A stretch of 64,000 bases of DNA, taken from Anaeromyxobacter sp. (GTDB taxonomy: Bacteria > Myxococcota > Myxococcia > Myxococcales > Anaeromyxobacteraceae). The notes beneath the pieces are model-generated. The model had not been told where the DNA came from, did not search any database, and was given only the letters and a program-made list of their open reading frames with translations. How positions within the stretch are numbered: position 1 is the first letter of the stretch; each line of letters opens with the position of its first letter. Of this stretch, positions 61,452 through 64,000 are shown one piece after another. The stretch covers positions 480,001 through 544,000 of the forward strand of contig JASGJN010000017.1 in assembly GCA_049840735.1 (NCBI GenBank). Reading direction: 5' to 3'. Position numbers and translations under genes: made by a program.

Positions 61452-62618
61452 CCCTGCCCGGCGTCGTCCAGCAGCCACGCGCCCACCTCCGTCCCCTCCG
61501 GCAGCGCGCCGGCCTCGGCCGGCAGGAGCAGCAGCACGTCGGCCAGCGCCGGTCCCCGCACCTGGGCCGCGTCGCGCCCCAGCGGCCGCGCCCGCCCCGT
61601 CCGGCTCCAGCGCCGCCCAGACCAGCCGGGCGCGCCCGGGCCGCCCCTCGGCCGGCGCGGCCAGCCGCAGCGGCACCAGCGGGCGCGCCGCGACCGGGGC
61701 GCCCGCGAGGCGGCGCAGCGCCGGCCGCGCGAAGACCTCGTACGCGGCCAGGCAGGCCGAGGGGCTCCCCGGCAGCCCCAGCACCGGCACCGCCCCGGCC
61801 AGCGCGAACAGGAACGGCTTGCCGGGCTTCATGGGCACGCCGTGCACCCGCACCTCGGCGCCGAGCCGCGCCAGCGCCGCCGGCACCGCGTCGCGCTCGC
61901 CCACCGACACGCCGCCGATGGTGATGAGCGCGTCGGCCCCGGCCAGCGCCTCGCGCAGCGCCGCCTCGACCGCCTCCGGCGCGTCGCCCACCCGCCGCCG
62001 CTCCACGAGCAGCCCCGCCGCCTCGGCCAGCCCGGCCACCGCCACGCCGTTCGAGTCCGGCGTCCGCCCCGCCACCAGCTCGTCGCCGGTCGAGAGCACC
62101 CGCACCCGCGGCCGCCGGTGCACCGCCACGTCCGCGACCCCCACCGCCGCCAGCAGCGCCCGCTGCCGCGCGCCCAGCCGCGTCCCGGCGGGCAGCGCCA
62201 CCTGCCCGGCCTCCACGTCCTCGCCGGCCTGGCGCACGTTCTCGCCGGGCCGGACCGGCCCCAGCCTCACCCGCCCGTCCGCGGCCCGGGCCGCCTCCTG
62301 CCGGACCACCGCGTCGGCTCCCGGCGGCAGCGGCGCGCCGGTGAAGATCCGCATGGCCTCGCCCGGGACCAGCGCGCGGCCGGGGGCGTCGCCGGCGTAG
62401 AGCGCGGGACCAGCGCGGAGCTCCACCTCCGCGGGCGCGTCGGCGGCCCGCACCGCCCAGCCGTCCATGGCGGAGCAGGTGTGCGGAGGTGCAGGACGTG
62501 CGGCCAGGGGCGACCCAGCCAGCCAGCGCCCCTGCGCCGCCTCCAGCGGACAGCGCTCCGCGCCCACGGGATGCACGGCTGTCAGGACCTGGTCGCGGAT
62601 CTCGAGGAGCTTCTCCAC
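61448..62618 (-). CDS. moeA: molybdopterin molybdotransferase MoeA; frameshift near 61595
   Basis: SAMDGWAV, RIFTGAPLPPGADAVV.QE, STGDEL, DSN, GGVSVG, MKPGKP, GLPGSP. Confidence 0.93.
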
Positions 62619-62684
62619 CGCCGGATGATGCCACGGCGGCCGCTGGCGCGCCCGCCTCACCGCAAAAGGTGCGCCTTCTCAGAG

Positions 62685-62732
62685 TTGATCTCGACCAAAG
62701 CGAAGAACTTGCAGACTTGATCGATCAAAGTC
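62685..62732. promoter_or_regulatory. FNR-like boxes between moeA and the Crp/Fnr gene
   Basis: TTGATCTCGACCAA (62685-62698; one mismatch to TTGAT-N4-ATCAA) and GACTTGATCGATCAAAGTC (62714-62732) in an AT-rich patch. Confidence 0.6.
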
Positions 62733-62802
62733 CTTGTTTTTCGCGGGCCTGGCTGATGCAAACCGACGGGGATCAAGAAGCCCTGCCCTGGAGGCCACGC
62801 CC

Positions 62803-63459
62803 GTGCTGTCCAACACCCCTGTCTCGGACTGCGGCACCTGCACCCTCGGCCTCGCCTCGCAGGGGCGCTGCCGCCTGACGCCCTCCTCGCGCGAGTCCGG
62901 CGCCACCATCTGCGCCCAGGGCGAGCGGCCGCGGACCGTCTACTTCATCAAGGAGGGGTTCGTCGCCCTCTCCGCCATCTCGCCCCGCGGCTCCGAGCTG
63001 CTGCTCTCGCTGCGCGGCCCCGCCTCGCTGCTCTGCACCGAGGCGCTCCAGGACCAGCCCTCGCCCTACGAAGTCCGGGCGCTCTCGCGCGTCAAGGTGT
63101 GCGGCATCTCCAGCGACGCGATGGTCCAGTGGATCGGCCCGGAGCGCAGCGCCGCCCGCGTGGTGCTGGACCTGCTGCTCACCGAGGGCCGGCAGCAGCG
63201 CGACGAGGTCAACTGGCGGCAGGGGGACTGCCTCTCGCGCGTGGCCCGCTTCGCGCTCGCCCACGCCCGCTTCCTGGCCGATCGCCCGAACGCCGTGCGC
63301 AAGCAGGTGGTGGCGCGGCTGCTCGGGATGAGGCCGGAGACCCTTTCGCGCTGCCTCACCCGGCTGGAGAAGGACGGGGTGGTGGACGCGTCGCGCGGTG
63401 TGCGCGTGCTGGACCAGCGGCGGCTGGCAGCCATCGCGATGGAAGACAACGCCGCCTGA
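62803..63459 (+). CDS. Crp/Fnr family regulator with N-terminal cysteines
   Basis: DCGTC..GRC; QGE..VYFIKEG beta-barrel; HTH VARLLGMRPETLSRCL. Confidence 0.88.
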   Translation: MLSNTPVSDCGTCTLGLASQGRCRLTPSSRESGATICAQGERPRTVYFIKEGFVALSAISPRGSELLLSLRGPASLLCTEALQDQPSPYEVRALSRVKVCGISSDAMVQWIGPERSAARVVLDLLLTEGRQQRDEVNWRQGDCLSRVARFALAHARFLADRPNAVRKQVVARLLGMRPETLSRCLTRLEKDGVVDASRGVRVLDQRRLAAIAMEDNAA

Positions 63460-63498
63460 GGCTGTTAAAGAAGGACCGCCGCCCTCCGGCGGGAAAGG

Positions 63499-63684
63499 GT
63501 GAACATGCGTCTTGGTGTTCCGGAGTTGCTGATCCTCCTGGCGATCGTCCTGCTGCTCTTCGGGTCGACCAAGCTGCCGCAGCTCGGCGCTGGCCTGGGC
63601 CAGAGCATCCGCTCGTTCAAGAAGGCGATGAGCGGCGACGACGAGAAGCCCGCGCCTGGCCCCGACCAGACGCCGAAGTCGTAG
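63499..63684 (+). CDS. tatA: twin-arginine translocase TatA/E
   Basis: LGVPELLILLAIVLLLFGSTKLPQLGAGLGQSIRSFKKAM. Confidence 0.95.
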   Translation: MNMRLGVPELLILLAIVLLLFGSTKLPQLGAGLGQSIRSFKKAMSGDDEKPAPGPDQTPKS

Positions 63685-63945
63685 CCCTGCCGCCGGGGCG
63701 CCCCCGCGCCGCGCCGCCCGAGGTGGGCCTGGCGCGCAGGGTTGGCGCCCCGGAGCAGCATCCCCGCACGAAACGCACCCCTCCCCGACCGCACCAGAGC
63801 GTGCGGCCGGGCAGGCGCTCGCCTTCTCCGCTCCCCTGTGGGGACGCCGGCGCTCCGCAACCCCTCGTCGCCTCGGGGCCGGTCCGCACTCGGCACCCGC
63901 GCGGGGAATCATCCACGCTTACCCGCCCGCACCTGGACTCCCCCT

Positions 63946-63961
63946 GGGCTCGACCCTTGCT
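63946..63961 (+). promoter_or_regulatory. possible sigma54 promoter for a gene beyond the window
   Basis: GGGCTCGACCCTTGCT (GG-N10-GC with TTGCT). Confidence 0.4.
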
Positions 63962-64000
63962 GTAGCCACCGCCGGGACGCAGACCACCGCGCCGGAGCCC

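Noticed and set aside
62745..62760. Sigma54 promoter GGGCCTGGCTGATGCA before the Crp/Fnr gene
   Set aside because: Only the minimal GG-N10-GC matches, which is too likely by chance at this GC content.

Overview
Very GC-rich bacterial DNA that looks like an Anaeromyxobacter-type myxobacterium (inferred from gene content and style). Almost the whole window (about 0.9-60.3 kb) is one essentially complete flagellar and chemotaxis supercluster. It holds two sigma54 enhancer-binding proteins, flgBC-fliEFGHI-motE-fliK-flgDE-flbD-motAB, a chemoreceptor with cheW/B/X/Y/D/R/A, extra CheX/CheY/HDOD genes, fliLMNOPQR-flhBAFG-fliA, fliJ, flgFGAHIJMNKL, two short flagellins, fliD/T/S and a TPR glycosyltransferase. 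metX lies to the left; a KGG protein, mobB, moeA, a Crp/Fnr regulator and tatA lie to the right. About 20 genes are split by 1-bp frameshifts, many at GATC sites read as GAATC or GATTC. These look like long-read basecalling errors at a methylated motif, not pseudogenes. The most notable items are: (1) an apparently catalytically dead class I adenylate cyclase homologue between flgL and fliC; (2) an active plus dead bEBP pair heading the cluster; (3) a FlgJ rod-binding/M23 peptidase fusion; (4) four CheX-like phosphatases with a REC-REC-STAS + HDOD module; (5) a readable sigma54/sigma28 promoter hierarchy; (6) a family of intergenic GCGNAGC mini-hairpin repeats with compensatory base changes. 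All protein calls come from motif recognition and synteny; no searches were run.
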